DNA from: a virus
Lineage: Duplodnaviria; Heunggongvirae; Uroviricota; Caudoviricetes
IMG/VR virus record: IMGVR_UViG_3300021399_000101
Location: 129,630-193,629 of that record
Reading direction: 5' to 3' (one strand)
DNA length: 64,000 nucleotides
Positions 63,949-64,000 of the stretch are shown here, piece after piece (position 1 is the first letter of the stretch; each line of letters opens with the position of its first letter). The notes beneath the pieces are model-generated. The model saw only the letters and a list, made by a program, of their open reading frames with translations. It searched no databases and had not been told where the DNA came from. The translations under genes and the position numbers were made by a program.

Positions 63949-64000
63949 TATTTTCTTGATAAACTTTTTATACGAATTTTCTGTTATTAGATTTTGACTA

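Noticed and set aside
1-64000. Stop-codon reassignment or suppressor tRNAs, as seen in some gut jumbo phages
   Set aside because: Core genes are uninterrupted in code 11, TAG/TGA/TAA all end genes, and no CTA, TCA or TTA anticodon was found.
1-64000. CRISPR array or rRNA
   Set aside because: No regularly spaced 25-40 nt repeats and no rRNA-length conserved sequence were seen; the only rRNA-like text is a 13 nt anti-SD match near 10891.

Overview
AT-rich 64 kb segment of a large T4-like myovirus (jumbo-phage type) genome in the standard genetic code. Positions 1-11.5 kb hold a TROVE/Ro60-like (DUF2828-type) gene followed by an array of about 30 tRNA genes that covers all 20 amino acids, none with an encoded CCA. 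Interspersed are several structured non-coding elements: a four-member Y-RNA-like family (one with textbook YrlA topology), a topologically rearranged tRNA-Arg, and an ORF-free 1.1 kb transcript. Positions 8-18 kb are early accessory genes behind sigma70-type promoters (Tad1/Acb2 sponge, GNAT, M28-like peptidase and others). Positions 18-53 kb are mostly minus-strand virion genes: tail sheath, major capsid, scaffold, prohead protease, portal, intein-containing large terminase, holin and a gp55-like late sigma factor. This stretch also carries an apt plus purine-permease operon, a six-gene cluster of secreted pilin-like proteins, three DUF723-type homing endonucleases, and many proteins sharing an N-terminal motif that looks like a capsid-targeting signal. 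Positions 55-64 kb are replication and nucleotide genes (dUTPase, helicase, resolvase, a catalytically degenerate peptide deformylase, NAD ligase, primase, ThyX). A diderm, Spirochaetota-like host is inferred from the signal-peptide style and a beta-barrel-like protein, but this is not proven. All family calls come from motif recognition by eye; no database searches were run.
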